Source of the DNA: Seison nebaliae
Taxonomy: Eukaryota
Length of the DNA stretch: 45,847 nt
Direction: 5' to 3'
Assembly (NCBI GenBank): GCA_023231475.1
Contig: JALJEE010001505.1
Location: 1 to 45,847 of the forward strand
The translations under genes were made by a program, and so were the position numbers. Below, in pieces: positions 15,101 through 29,500 of the stretch; position 1 is the stretch's first letter, and each line of letters opens with the position of its first letter. Under the pieces are notes generated by a model, which was given only the letters and a program-made list of their open reading frames with translations, had not been told where the DNA came from and searched no databases.

Positions 15101-18100
15101 ACATTTATCATTGTTGATGATTTGAGTAGTAATTTGTTTATCGAAAGAAATTAGTAGATTTGTCCTCCTATTATTCAATAATAGTGTTGAGAATTCTTGA
15201 CAGAAAGTATTTTTTGTTAGCATTCAGTATAATCGAATGAAATTAATCGAAGGATATCATTTATAATATTAGAAATAATAATAAGAAAAATAATAGGAAC
15301 GTGAGGGTGCCCATGGAGGGATGGATGGATGGATGAAAGAAACAATAACGCAAATAACATAAAACAAGGACTTTTCCTTTATTTCAATTTCTTTGGAAGC
15401 TCTTATGATTTCGCTTCTCAATCAGATGTTGTCGAATTGTTTTGTAAGTATTACGATAATGTTCGTGATTGAACAGAACTCGAAAATTGCAATTATTTTA
15501 TGATGTCTGTCGTTGCGAACGAAGATTTCTTTCCATATTCAAATTCAACAATTCCTTCCACGTATTTCTTTTTACGAATGATTGAAACGTACGAACATGT
15601 CTCTTATTCTAACAGAAAAACATTCTCCAAATAAACTTCTCAGGGTTATTTGTTCTACTTCAACAGATGTTTATTAATGTATGTAAATATCGACTCTTGG
15701 TCATATGATCTGCGAATGGTAAACATCCATTCATCCATTCCATCAACTTCGCCATCAAATTATTTAGCGAACTGTAAAACTATGATTTAAAGGAGCAATA
15801 GGATATTAATTACTTATTCAGTCCGATAACTACCATTTTTGGAGCATTAACATTGAACCATTTTTGTGCGAACTATTCCATCCATTCACTGTACATCCAC
15901 ACAGATGAAGTTGTTTCAATCACACAAATCAATATCTTCCAACTACTTTATTGCCAGTCTGTAACTGTAACTAGCAAAACTCTAAATATTCATCTACATA
16001 AAATTTCTTGTAGATATTGACAAAAAAAAATTTCGATTTCTTTAACTTTTCGCAACTTTTCACTTTTTGAGAATGATATTATGAGAATAAAGATCGGTTA
16101 AGTTCACTTAAAAGTTGATAGTGAGTAATATTGATTTCTGATCGATATTAATTGTTCATTATTCTCCCATCTTATCTGATGGAGACGGCGTCCTATTTTG
16201 CCGGACCATCCTCCTCCATTAACACAATTATTCTCATTTTTAGCCACATTTAATGTAAATGAAGAGGCAATTTGAGTCTAACCATCAGATGTCAATGATG
16301 CTTGAAAGATAACCATCATTTGCATGTTCTCTTCATGATCATACGAATCAGAATTTGGGGGACAATCTGTTTCATATTTATTTAGAGATGATGATGGTTT
16401 TCATCACGATATTAATTGAAGATGTTTATTCTCTAATATTTCTATCTCTCCTTCATTTCTCTTCTGTTAACTGATGTGTTGTGATAAGGAAGCGAAAATA
16501 AATTGAATGAATGCATTCCGAAGGACGGTTCTCTTCTCTGGTGGTTAGGAGGTTCGAATAGTGTTTGAATAAACCTCAATTTCTCAGATGAGTAAGTGAA
16601 TGTTTGTATATAAACATTTATCCACTTAATCATTTCTAATCGAAAAGATCATAACCTCTTAGTTGAAATTTTACCGATTATCTTATCGTATGGATGATTA
16701 GGGGATATGATAGGAGTTAAGTCGATATTTACCTTCAAACAAAACATAATATGGGCGAAAAACCAAGATGCGTAATGAAGTCGTAGCGAATTATCATTAG
16801 AAGAATGAAGTTAATCCGACAGTAGAAGTATCTATTGATTTGGAAGGAACAACTGATGGAATTGAAGGAGAATAAAATCACACGTTCAACTACTTTCATT
16901 AATCATCATTGAGAATGATGCTGGTGGTAAGTGAAAATGAAGGAAATATAATAAAAAGTTATAATAATAAGTAAGATAATAATAATAAATATAATTTATA
17001 TTCATTAATTCAATATCATATTTTTCGATAGTTCTTTCATATCTATACGGATACATCGATAACAATGTGGTAATTGAAATGAACGATGATGTTACTCATA
17101 AACTTACGTAGTGAATGAAGTCTAATTATGAGAATTATCCGAATGATTATGAAATGATAATATTTAAATGAACTTCTACGTACCATATACATATCGTTAA
17201 ACGGATAATGACGGAAGTTACTAATGAAAATATTTAAAAAATAATTCTAACCAATTCGAGTCGATTCACCTCTGTTGGAAAGGCAATAATGGATAAATAA
17301 TGTTCGTGTGGATTGAGAGGTTCATTCGATTTCAATGTTCTCACCATTCTTACGGTCACATCGTCGAGCAACGAAGGTGAAATTGTCGAATTTTTAATTG
17401 GGAGCGACACGTGCTTCACCACCACTTTCTTCCCTTGATAAAACCAACATCAGCTGATGGTAATTGCATTGGTACGTGGAATATATCTTTTTCCAATATT
17501 CCTTCAATTTCTTTTTAATTATTATTCTTGTTCATTTTCTGCTATCTCTCAACCATTTGTTAGCAAATCATCTGTCACCAAATCAAAATTAACTTCCGTT
17601 TTTTTCTTCATAAGATCTTTCTCATCGATCTCTTTCATTTCTTTCATTTGACACTCAAATATTACTTAACTCACTTTATTTATAGTAATAAACATAATCG
17701 ATCAATCCATATACAATTTCCGATAATCATTTATTTGAAATGAAGGAAATTAGGAAAATCAATAAACTTATTCGATATATTACATCAGTCGGAATAATAT
17801 AGTTTTATGTAAAAAAATAATAAATCGTCTGGACAATAAATGAGGAAAATGATTAACGAGCATCTTTCACCAGTTCCTGCTAACCATTAACCAAACATCT
17901 TCCACTTATAGGTGTAATATTATATAATGATGAGAGAGATATTTTATTATTACAGATATTGTAAGTATCTAAACATCCGACACAGTTATCAGTAATCAAT
18001 TTTACTGTTATTCCGATCAGTAGGAAACGAGAAGAAGAAAATAGTTGTGGAAAGAGGTGTCGGAACATTTCCCGGAAAGGAACAGTGGGAGAAGATGTCT

Positions 18101-21100
18101 ATAATAATAGTAAAGAAAAGAAGGAAGAAAATCATTTTATTGGAATCATTAGTCCATCCTTTCCCTTTCGGATATTTATATTTTTCAATAATTCTACTTT
18201 TATGAACTCTATTCGAAAAAGAGACTTGTGAAAATCACTGAATTACAAACATTTGACATCAACGATGTGTAACGTTCCACTAGTGATGGTTTACTAAAAA
18301 TATAAAATGGATGATTTTTCCTTTCCATCAGAAAAATTAGGCTACAGCTGACGCATCCGACATCTAGTCAGATAAGTTTCTATTTAATCTCGTCATTGAA
18401 ACACAATTCGATAATTTCATTCTTTTTCTTCACTAAGAAAACAATCACTCCCCCAACAAATTATCAGTGAACTATTTTTTGAGAATTAATAACAAAGTTT
18501 ATGAACAGTTTTAACCGAATTCGATGTGATTGACACCAAACTGTTTTATCAAAATATGTAAGTATTGAAGAGAGTTTGAGAGAATTTCCAATTTCGATTT
18601 TCATAGTCGATTATTTCTCCAATTTAATCGATTTTTACTGCCATAAATTTAACAATTTGCGTCGAGAAGTTATTGAGGTCTAACGGTTCGCGATCATTCA
18701 TACGGAAGATTTTCAATGATTTTTAATGTCTACTTCAAATTGATGGAGGTTAATCATAGTTTCCCGTTGAAACGATTGTGCGATTGAAATTAATCCTCAA
18801 TCAAAGTTACAAGTTTTCCGGGTTTCAATGTACATCCACCCGATACCACACACACATTACAATCAATTATAACGTTTTATGATCTTTCTCATAATGAACT
18901 TTACTTCAATTAAAGAATTGGTGATCGAAAGAAAAGTTAACTTGACTTTAACCGCCATTATTATCGTTGTCAATACTCCGTTTCAACTCGACCGATATCG
19001 ACCATAAATCGTGTGGTATAAGTAGAGTAGAAATGAATAGAAGGAATATCGAATCATTTTCTCATCGAATTATTAATTTTCTTTTTTGGAAATTTTTTCT
19101 TTCACAATAACGATGATGATGATGAGGTGAAGATAATGATAATTGTAAAATAAACTAGTCCACTCCAAAAGAACAGAATGTTTACTTTCTCTCCCATATC
19201 ATCTCTGATATGTTCGTTTAAGAAAGACGATTCATTGATGACGCCGCTTGTACACAGTTTGTTGAAGCACTTCTCATTAGCATGTTGCGTGATGTTGGAA
19301 CGTTTATTTGTCATGTAATGGACATTCACCATCCATCCCGATGGAAAATGAAACAATATTGGGAGGGAAGAGAGTTTAATCATCTTTTGATGACTGGTAC
19401 AAGAAGGAATTGACATGTGTGGTCACTCTCAATTATTTCGTCGTTAATCATTTTCGATCGATTTATTTTTTTTCAATAAAATAATTGAGTGACTGGAAAA
19501 AAGTAGCAGAATGAACGGAATAACATGAACGGAGATGGATGAATGATCCGATTATTTTCCCACATATCAATTTTCTCCTCATTTTGTCATTTCACGTTGT
19601 TGATTATTTCTCTCTCATTTTTCTCATAATCATATAATTTACCAGTGATTGTGTGCGAGTAAACGTCTTATTTTCTCATCGGGAAAACGTTTCAATCAAT
19701 CTTCCCACACTTCAAACCGATATTCTTTTGTTCATCATTTTTAACGATTCGTTCTTCTCAAACATCAATTCAATTATTGAATTTCAATGTTATTGATTGA
19801 ATGAAATCTCCTAATAATTTGACATTTGATAACATAAATTCGAATGGTAACCATTCTGGTATTTCCTCCAAAACTCGGAAATCGCAGAATATGATCATTG
19901 GCGGAAACGAGGAAGAATATTGATTCTCTATAAATATTCCAACTCCTCAACATTTTTACTGTCGTCTTTCTTCTAATAATAATTTCGTCTTCTCTTATGT
20001 AAACCATTCCATATCTGAGTACAAATAACCGAACATTCGTTTGAATAAGAAATTCCTCTTATTCATGGTTATGATATGAGTGCAGTTATTCTCATGTCGA
20101 CCAAATTTATTGTAAGAAAACAAGAACAACAATTATCGTAGTCGTAGTCATTACACGTATAAGGAAAAAGTGAATTGTCGTTTTCTAAAAAATTTAATGG
20201 ACAAATGATTATATCATCTTAAGAATACAATATTAATCTTAAGATAGAATATTTCAAATTTTTTGTCAATAATTATGTTTCTTTTTTTTTATTTTGCTTA
20301 TAAAAGTTCAATGAACATGTTAATATTTAAAATATATTTCTAAGATTTTCCTTAAAATTTTATTTTATTGATAGAAAGTGAATTAAATCATTTATAGGAT
20401 GTTGAATAAATAGAAGATTGTAATAGTTTAATGTATATCAAACCGGAAGTAAATCATGTGCACCATAACATTTATCGTTTGGTTGTACTTCTTTTAGCAA
20501 TGTCATTCGGAATCCATCATTTAATATCGATAATATTTACTTAAGAGAATGTAGGAAAGAAATATGGAATTATTTTTGACATATCTTTCTCAAATTATTA
20601 ATCTGACGATGTTATAAGTTGTTTCCTTTCTGTTACCATATCATTATCATTATCATGGAAAATCTGCATTTTTTCTTTATTTCCAATAGAGAACAAGTGA
20701 ATACTCGAAGAAACTCAACTCGCCTTTAAAGAATCGATCGTCATCCATCAACCGATCGACGAATTTAAAAGATCAATTCAGTTATTTTTCGAATAACAAT
20801 CTTATCAGATCGAATCTTTCAACTGATCATATCGAATCCTTGAGAAGCGATATTTGCCCCAGTGACGATAGCGGTTATCATGCGACGACATTAAACAAAT
20901 CGAATTCGATTGATGAATTGATTGAAATAAGAAGATTGGCTTTATATCGATTGAAAACAGAGAAACTATTGAAATATCTCGGACATAAACTCAGTTTCAG
21001 TTTTGATGATTTATCAATACAACGAACTGTTCCGAACTTGTTGAATATTCTTTACCAGTCATTACCTTCCACTAATGCGAGTGAGAGTGAAGAAAAATCA

Positions 21101-23486
21101 TCAGATAATTTATTGTCAGATATTATTCCTTTCAACCCGAATGAATATGAGAGAATTGAAGCGACGACCATCAATACTATGAATGAGGATGATAATGAAA
21201 TGAATTTAGATACATCAGTCTCCTCAATTTCAATATTCAAATCAAAAATCAGAAAACGCACTTTCTCCTCCCATTACAACTGTTCGAGGGAACGTGGAAC
21301 AATGTCAGTTTCTAACGACATTTCTCATTCGAATTATTTCGACGAGTTTTATGAGAATGATAAACAACTCGATTCATTACGACGGAGAACACGACGATCC
21401 AATTCTTCTCCACCCACATTCTTCTCACATCTCTCACCATCCTTTATTCAATCATGGTTTGGCGACGAATATTTCCTGAAATATCAAGAGGAGATTCTCA
21501 ACGAGAATGTTCAAAAACAAAAAGATTATTTGATTTATAAACTCAACAAAAAATTTACCTATCGACAACAGCATGCTTATGTGCCTCATCGATATTATTT
21601 CCATACTCGACAATTACACAAACGGAAACGATTAAATAAACTATTGGTATCACCACCATCGGAAGCGGTTTCTGCTTCGGAATTACACGATTTAAAATTG
21701 GAATGTAAACGTGCGTCAGATAAACAACGTCGAGAAGAAATCAAGAAAATGTTAGATAAGAGTCTCATCAATCCGTCAGATATCGACAAATATTTCCCTT
21801 TCTCCAAACAACGTTCACGAAGTTCATGTGACTCTTCAATCTTCTCCTTACCACTTTCGTACGATACGACCAATTCTCAATTCATCAATGAACAATGGCT
21901 ATCGAATGTATTCTCAGATTCGATGGATAATCAATCATGTTCTTCTTTTAATTCTGGAGAATCATTCCATCATCGTTATATGGAAAAAGAGAAATTAAAT
22001 CATCATTATCATTCTCATGGACATGCAGAGTTGGATGAATCGGATTGTTGCTCTATGTCGATAAATAAGAAGCAACTTAATTCTATTCAATCGGATAATA
22101 CGACAAATAATTTTCAATTTTATCAATTCGTTAAAAATGATTCGAATTCATCAATCAATGCTAATATGGATATCGATTCGGATGGTTCTTCTTCCCAACA
22201 ACCATTAGATCACGAAAATACTTTAGTGGAAGATAAAGATATCACAACGCCGATACAATTTAATAATGTAACGAAAAAATTATTTAAATCCATGTCCTGC
22301 ACAACCGCGTTAGGTGCGAAAATTTCTTCCGACAATAAACTCGTGATCAACAAGAGAAATTACCAAGAAAATAAATTAAACTATTTAGATAAATCAAAAG
22401 GAGTTACATCGATGACGATGTCAGCTTCCGTTCATACTGATACGTTCACTTTATCTCAATACAAATGTATGCAACCACTTTTCGATTGGCAGGAAGGTGA
22501 TCGACAATTATCAAGAGATGATGAATTTTTTTGTTCGACAGCAAACGATTCTAGTTCATCATCCAACACTTCGGATAATGATAATGTAATGAATATGGAG
22601 AAAGTGATTTATCGGAAACGATTCAATCCGTATGCATCGATGAGCATAAATAAATCAGTGAGTACCGATTCGTTGAATGATGAGGAGATGACATTCGAAA
22701 AAAGGAATACTTTAATCAATGACACAACTACAAATGATCTCCACAACAACAGCAACAGTTGTTTAAGTAAATTTTCATTAATTCCATGTTCTTCAATCAT
22801 GAATAATGACAATGGGATCGAACGAAATAGAAAGAGGAATTCCTTCAAATCGAAACGGAGATATTATCGTAATAAACGACCGAAATCCGTTTACTACTGT
22901 CTCTCTTGTCGCCATCGTTTACCACAGGTTTGTTCATTCGTTCATCTATCGATCACAACGATCATTGTAAAAATTATGATATGGATGTACTACTATCCTA
23001 TTAGCGATCATCATTAATAATAACTTAGCACAATATAAGTAGCGTAACGTTAAAACGAATAGTTTAAGTAATTCACTAAACTTAGGTCGTTTCAGTTGAT
23101 ATCTTCAAACATTTTATGGAGAAGATAAAATTGAGAAGATTTCTTTTATCAATTTCTGTTCATTTCAACAAATTCGTTCAAATTGAACTAAATTAATATG
23201 AGTCACAAATTGAGAAAAGTTACCCCGGTTCTCGGATAGACAAAATTGAATGGGAGAAGATCTATAATTTTTTGGAAAGAATTTTTACACCAACAACACA
23301 TTCTTTATCAAAAAATTATTCGCTTTTAATGTCGATGTAAAAATGAGTGGACTGACCTTCAATTCTTATATAATTTCCCTCTCTTTTCTACTTCCGCCCA
23401 ATTTTATAGATAAGTTATTCATTTTCTCCTTTACGACACAGAGACATTATCCATCGTTTGATATATAAAATTTATTTAGATATACA

Positions 23487-23521
<35 letters not shown>

Positions 23522-26500
23522 ATGATGACATATTATATAAATAAGCACTAGTTCTAGTGAATGGTCGAAGAAAAAGAAAAAGAAGAATAAAAAGAAGAGA
23601 TACATCAACTTGGAGTGAAGTAGCAGAAAAGCGAATAGTTTCTCATTCCATCTCTTTCTGCATGAGCACGATAAGTCTTGGTCAATCACAAATAATATTA
23701 TTCTACCATTCTTTTTATAATTCGATTTCTCTTTTCCGTACTTGGACCGAACGACAAAGAAACGGACCTTGGAAGAAACAATCGTATTTAGTTACGTAAC
23801 TAAAATCAGTAGATTAATTTGAGAATATGAAATATCCAATTTTCTTCAATAAATCAAATTTTTGACAAGGATGTCTTATGATTGAACTGATACTGGATGA
23901 TTGGTAAATAGATGATTTAGATGAACTTCAATCTCATTAGAAGTGTGAAGGTTTTTCCCCCACGACTCATTGGAACGTTTATTGCATAATTATTTTGAAT
24001 TCATTTAAATGAAATTCTCATTTCATTATTGCATTCGAATCACCAATCAATTTAATTATTTCTCAATAAACAATCGATCAACATTCGTTCAATGCACATC
24101 AGTTAAAGTGAATAATTAACTTGTTATGCAATTAACATCGACGGATCGAATGATGAAGTGAGACAATTATTTCAAAAACTCAACAATTATCCATCAAAAT
24201 ATTTATGTTGTTGATAAATAAGTTTTCAGGAAAACGAATGATTCGTTCTAATCGACCTATTTCCTCCATCCATCAATTCCTTCTTCCACTAACACATCAT
24301 GTATTACTCTGTTTATTTTATGTTTTCCGTCAAAAACTCGTTGGAATTCTGACACAACTAAGACGTTGATTTATTAAAATTCTTCTTCATTTGTTAATGT
24401 TGCGTAGCAATAAAGAACGTGAAGAAATCGAACGTTCAACTTTTATTTCCTCCTTTATTTTATTGTTAAATGAGTTGAGTTGAACGACTATAATCATGTA
24501 ATCTTATCGTTCACTAAAATTAAAAGGATATTTCACAAATTCTTTCTCTCCTCCCGTCAATCTTATAATTAGCTGCTCGTGAAACAGTTTAATTCATCCA
24601 CTTAATTCTTATCCAGATTTTTCTTTCAAATTTGTTTTTTTTTTTCTTTCGATTTTTTCATTTTTTCGATCTCCACATCCGCGTTATCATTTCATTAATG
24701 TTAGATTCTGTTTTTTAATGAATTGTCACGCTAACCACTTGAGAATTGGCTGAAGGATTTGGGAGGAGTGAACGAAATGTTTGACTCGACAGACAACACG
24801 ATATTGATAAATGATGAAATAGATTATCATAATCGTAAAGTTTTCATTTTGTATGGGATCAACTATTCGGATCATGAAGATGATGAGGAGGATGACAATT
24901 ATACAAAGATCACATCGAAATCCCATCAATTGTTGACGGCGACTGTCAACACTGTTAGCACTTTAAATAGATATCACTAGGTTGTCATTGGCAACGAGAA
25001 ATGGATAGTTCAAATTGCATGTAAGTGCAAAGAAAAATGTTTTTTCTTTTCACTGGAAAAATTATGAAAAAAGAAATTTGAACATTTCATCGATCTAAAT
25101 GTTGGAGAATGATAAATTAAATAATGAACAATTAAAAAATTGTGTTGTTCGATTTAGAAGTTCGAATGGATTCTTTCATCGACATACATCATCGCCCAAA
25201 CCATCTATAAGGCGAGTGATGATGATGCGAGTGGTAAGGTGGTGGTTGTTGGGAGGAAAAGAAAGCAAAAAGAATTCTAATTATTTCCCACTACAATTTA
25301 AAGGAAATGAATCATATATTCATCTAGACAATGGAATTCTTTTCCGTCGGATTCATTAGTATAATGGTGATCACCATATCTTAGGGTTTGGGAGAAATCA
25401 GTAGTAATGTAGTCAGAGTGAGCTAAACACATTAATGTCTAGAAATCCTAAAGAGTTTACTATTTTCTTCACGTCGTTCATTTTAGTAAATCTTGTCTAG
25501 CTCATAGTGGCGAGCTCATAATTGATTTTTACATCATTTCAATCGAACGACGTTTGTTGTTCGATTCGAATTATAAGGGGTGTTGGGAACTAAATTAAAT
25601 TGAAATATTTGGTTAGAGAAGAAGAAGGGCGTAGCTGGTTGAGAAGATGAATAATTTTTATTTAGAAATAGTGAGTGACTTAGTTGTTGTTGGGAGTTGT
25701 TCAAACATTCCTTTCCTTGAACAATCGTACAGAAGAAAATCATTCCCCCATTCATAAGTATTTTCGTTGAATGAATATATTAGTTGGTTAAACGAAAGCA
25801 TATGATAAAATTTAATGGTTCATGAAATTACGTTTTAAATAAGTTTCGTCGAATGAAAAGAAAACTTACAAATTAAATTATATGTCCATCCTAATTTTTC
25901 TTTTTCTTCTTTTAGGCGAATAATAAACGTGGAGTATCAAATGATTCTTCTTTATCACCATCATTAAGATCGACCGCTATTTCTTCATCAATTGGAACGT
26001 CCACCAACTTATCGTTATTATCACCGAATGATGATCTGTTAGTGACGACGACAGCTAACATTACAACTTCGCAGTCCATCGAAGCGGCATGTGAAGTGGA
26101 TTCGTTAACAAACGAGATAAGTAAACGATCGTTCTCATGTTCGCCATCATCATCGCCATTAGTCGTGTTGCAACCAGAAGAAATAAATGATGAAGTGAAC
26201 ATTGCTGAACAACCACAAAAAATAATCAAAGAACAAGAGTATTCGTATTTGGAGGAAAGGAGCAGTGGAGACTCTCTGTTAATTTATCTTTGTCTAATCG
26301 ATTACAAATCGTTATATAAACAAACAATCCATCATTACATTGAGTTGGTGGCTGTAATGGAATCGGAACAAGAGAAGAACTACCTCAACAATTCCATTGC
26401 TTCTATCGATTATATAGATTACGATGATTCCATTGACAAATCAACGTCGATCAACTACCATTCGATTATTTTACAAATTGGTCATGAATCTACAACTCAG

Positions 26501-29500
26501 CAATCCATCCTCTACGTTAGTAGTTTTCTCGACATTTCTCTTATATCGTTTATTATTTTCATTAACGGTCAAACGAGAGTAAAGTTCGGACCGAATTCTC
26601 ATAATTTATCGTTGATCGATCCCCTCGATCGATGATCGACATTTCAGTCTTCTCCTACTAATTACTCCAATTCTTTCTCTTCTTTCATTCATTTTTTTCC
26701 TTCCTATAATCATTCGCATTTTTGCATTTTTTCCTCATCAAAGTCTCTGATGTCAAGGAAAGTCATGAGAGTATATAAGATGGAAGTGTATGTAAAGAAC
26801 AGTTTATTTGGTGTTCGAAGATGCGATAACTTTCTTTCTTTTCTTCATTTCTACAGTTCTAGTTTAATAAAACCGTAAGTTTACTCTCTTCTCCATCAGC
26901 TATTATACCTCCAATTGCATTGATGTGGAAGGAATGATGTAATTATTAATATTTCTTAAATTCTTCCATCGTGTAGATGAGAGAAACTCCACCCAGAAAG
27001 TTCCCTGTAATACATTTCTGTGCAATTATTTAGTAAGAGTTGTATTATGAACCCGTGGCAGAACTAGTAGGCAGCAGCAGGAGCACAATAAGAATTGAAG
27101 TTGAGGTAGATGTTCTCTCCCGATGAATGTGGACGTACTTAAAATAATGTAGTTATCGATCATCATTTGCATTCCTCCCAAACGGATAATGAGGAAATCT
27201 CTCTCGAATTCTTTATTAATAAAAATGGCAAATACACCAATATATCATGTCAGATGATTGATAGACTTATCATCATTCAGCTTTTTAGGTGAATAGTCCA
27301 CATTCATTTTCTCTAACGCTTCAAAACATCAAGTAGGAGATAGAGAGCCAATTGATCATTAACCATCTAATCCGCTTAACAAGTGAATCACACCAAAGGA
27401 TTTATTTAACATTTAATCGTCGATCGATTGATCGATCGATAAACGGATGGATGTATGGATGGATGGACGATATCTTCGAATCGATCGATAAATGTGATAA
27501 ATCCATTTGAACGAAAAGTGAATTGAAGAATAAATAAATAAAATTATCATTCTCTAAATAATCGTCGGAGAGGAAAGATATGCATAAGAAATTCAATTTA
27601 TCCACTTCCGGGAAACTATTAGAAGTGGATTGTTAGTAAACATTCTATTTTAATGATTGCCAACAATTCATTTTAAATGAATCATTTATCCGCTTATTTC
27701 AGAATCATTCGATCACTATCTCTTCATCTTCCCCCAAATAAACTAGGACTAATGAAAGTCTTTTCATGTCTCCTTGCAAATTGCCACATCGTCTAATGTA
27801 TCAATTATCGATATTGAAGGAGAAAGGAAATTCTATTTCATCAAGTGCCAATTACCAATTTATTTCCAGAAATGAAAACGAATTGTTCCTCTGATATTTA
27901 TTCATCATTCTCATAAACGAGATAGATGAAAACGAAAAGTTCATCAATTGTAACACATGTTCAATTGGTCGATCGATATGTCTGTCTCAACTTCTCATTC
28001 TTAAGGACAAAATTTTATGCTCTCTCATAAATTGCCGAACTAAAAAAGAATTATGTGCGTATATATGTGTGTGTTTGAGTGTGTTTATGTGCTCGAATAC
28101 TGTGAAGAAATGGTACAGCTAATTTTCTTCCATCTGCTTACCAAGTTCTATGTACACTGGGAGACGTCGAATGATTCGACTCGAATGAAATTTTATTATT
28201 TCCTTTTCTTATTATTTCCATTCGTCACATCGCTCTATTCGATCGATCAGTACAATTCGATGTCTTGTTGTCCATCTGCACGAAATATTTTTTCGTATTT
28301 CAATTCTGAATAGATATCACCAAATAGACATCTTCATTAATATTCCTCTTCCTCCTCTTCCTTCTCCTCCCTATTCATCTCAAAACAATCCCTCTCAAAG
28401 GATAATAGAGTCCAATCCGAAATTCATATATTGTTCGTGATTGAATCAGTTCCTTCATTAACGAATTGGTGAGTCTTTTATTCTATCGACACATTTCACA
28501 TAAATTCATTTTTGAAATATATGTCGAAATTCACGTCATCTCCATTCAACACTTACGCAACGTTCGTTCACATCGATCGAACTTTTATTTTACAATTGGA
28601 CAATGAAAAATCTGACAGATTTCTACGTAATGAAATTCATTCATCATCATACATAACTGAGTTATGATTACTGTAAAATGTGAATGTTAAAAACGAACGA
28701 ATCATTTAGGAATAGTCGAAATGTGAGATGGGAATGATGATTTTTCGTAAACATTTCTTTCTCCGGAATATCTGGTATTTATCGTATTCCTTATGAATTT
28801 CCTCATTAATTCCTTAATTATTATTTTTTGTTCATATGATAAACTGTGTAGTAGAAAGTATTAGATAAAAAATTTGGTAAATGGACCACTATTATTCTTA
28901 TTTATAAGTGCACAAGAACAACAACAATAATAAGAACAACATAAGTAATGATAGTGTGATGTGCAAATAGATATTTCATCCGATGAATAATGTCTAGTGG
29001 TTTCCGTTCATTTTATCTTTTTCTGCATCAATACACTCTCTCAACACTAAATGATTTCTTATCAAGAAACCACATTCTTCTTCATCAATTTTTCTACATC
29101 AATTTTTCAAATCCATTATTTTGTACATTCTTCCACAAATTTCACATTTGCCCATCTCGATTTTAACATTAATACACTCTATCAATTTCTTTCGAACATT
29201 CTTCATTTTATTGCATATGAAATCATCTTTTCACTTTACCATTGTATATACGATTAATTCTCCGATAATTTTGATAAGTGAGAAACAGTGAAATTTTATC
29301 TGAAACTTTTGACGTCATCACATAAATCATCTGGAATCGTTTTTTCTTATCAATATTTTCTTTGATGAACAATCCTCTCAATTCCTTATGGTTGGAGTGC
29401 GGCTGATAGACATTGTGGATAGAATGTTTATAATCATCTTTTATGAATTCTAACAAATCATAAATTCTCGATCATTCTCTTTCTTCCTTCCAAAAATCTT

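Noticed and set aside
24759..24980. 73-aa acidic + strand ORF in a long intron
   Set aside because: Non-ATG start, ends in a stop, and no compatible splice sites joining it to flanking exons were found.
29051..29456. Minus-strand ORF fragments with a CEIC-like motif, suggesting a nested gene or decayed TE
   Set aside because: Interrupted by stops, with no second Zn-ligand pair or transposase motif; not supportable.
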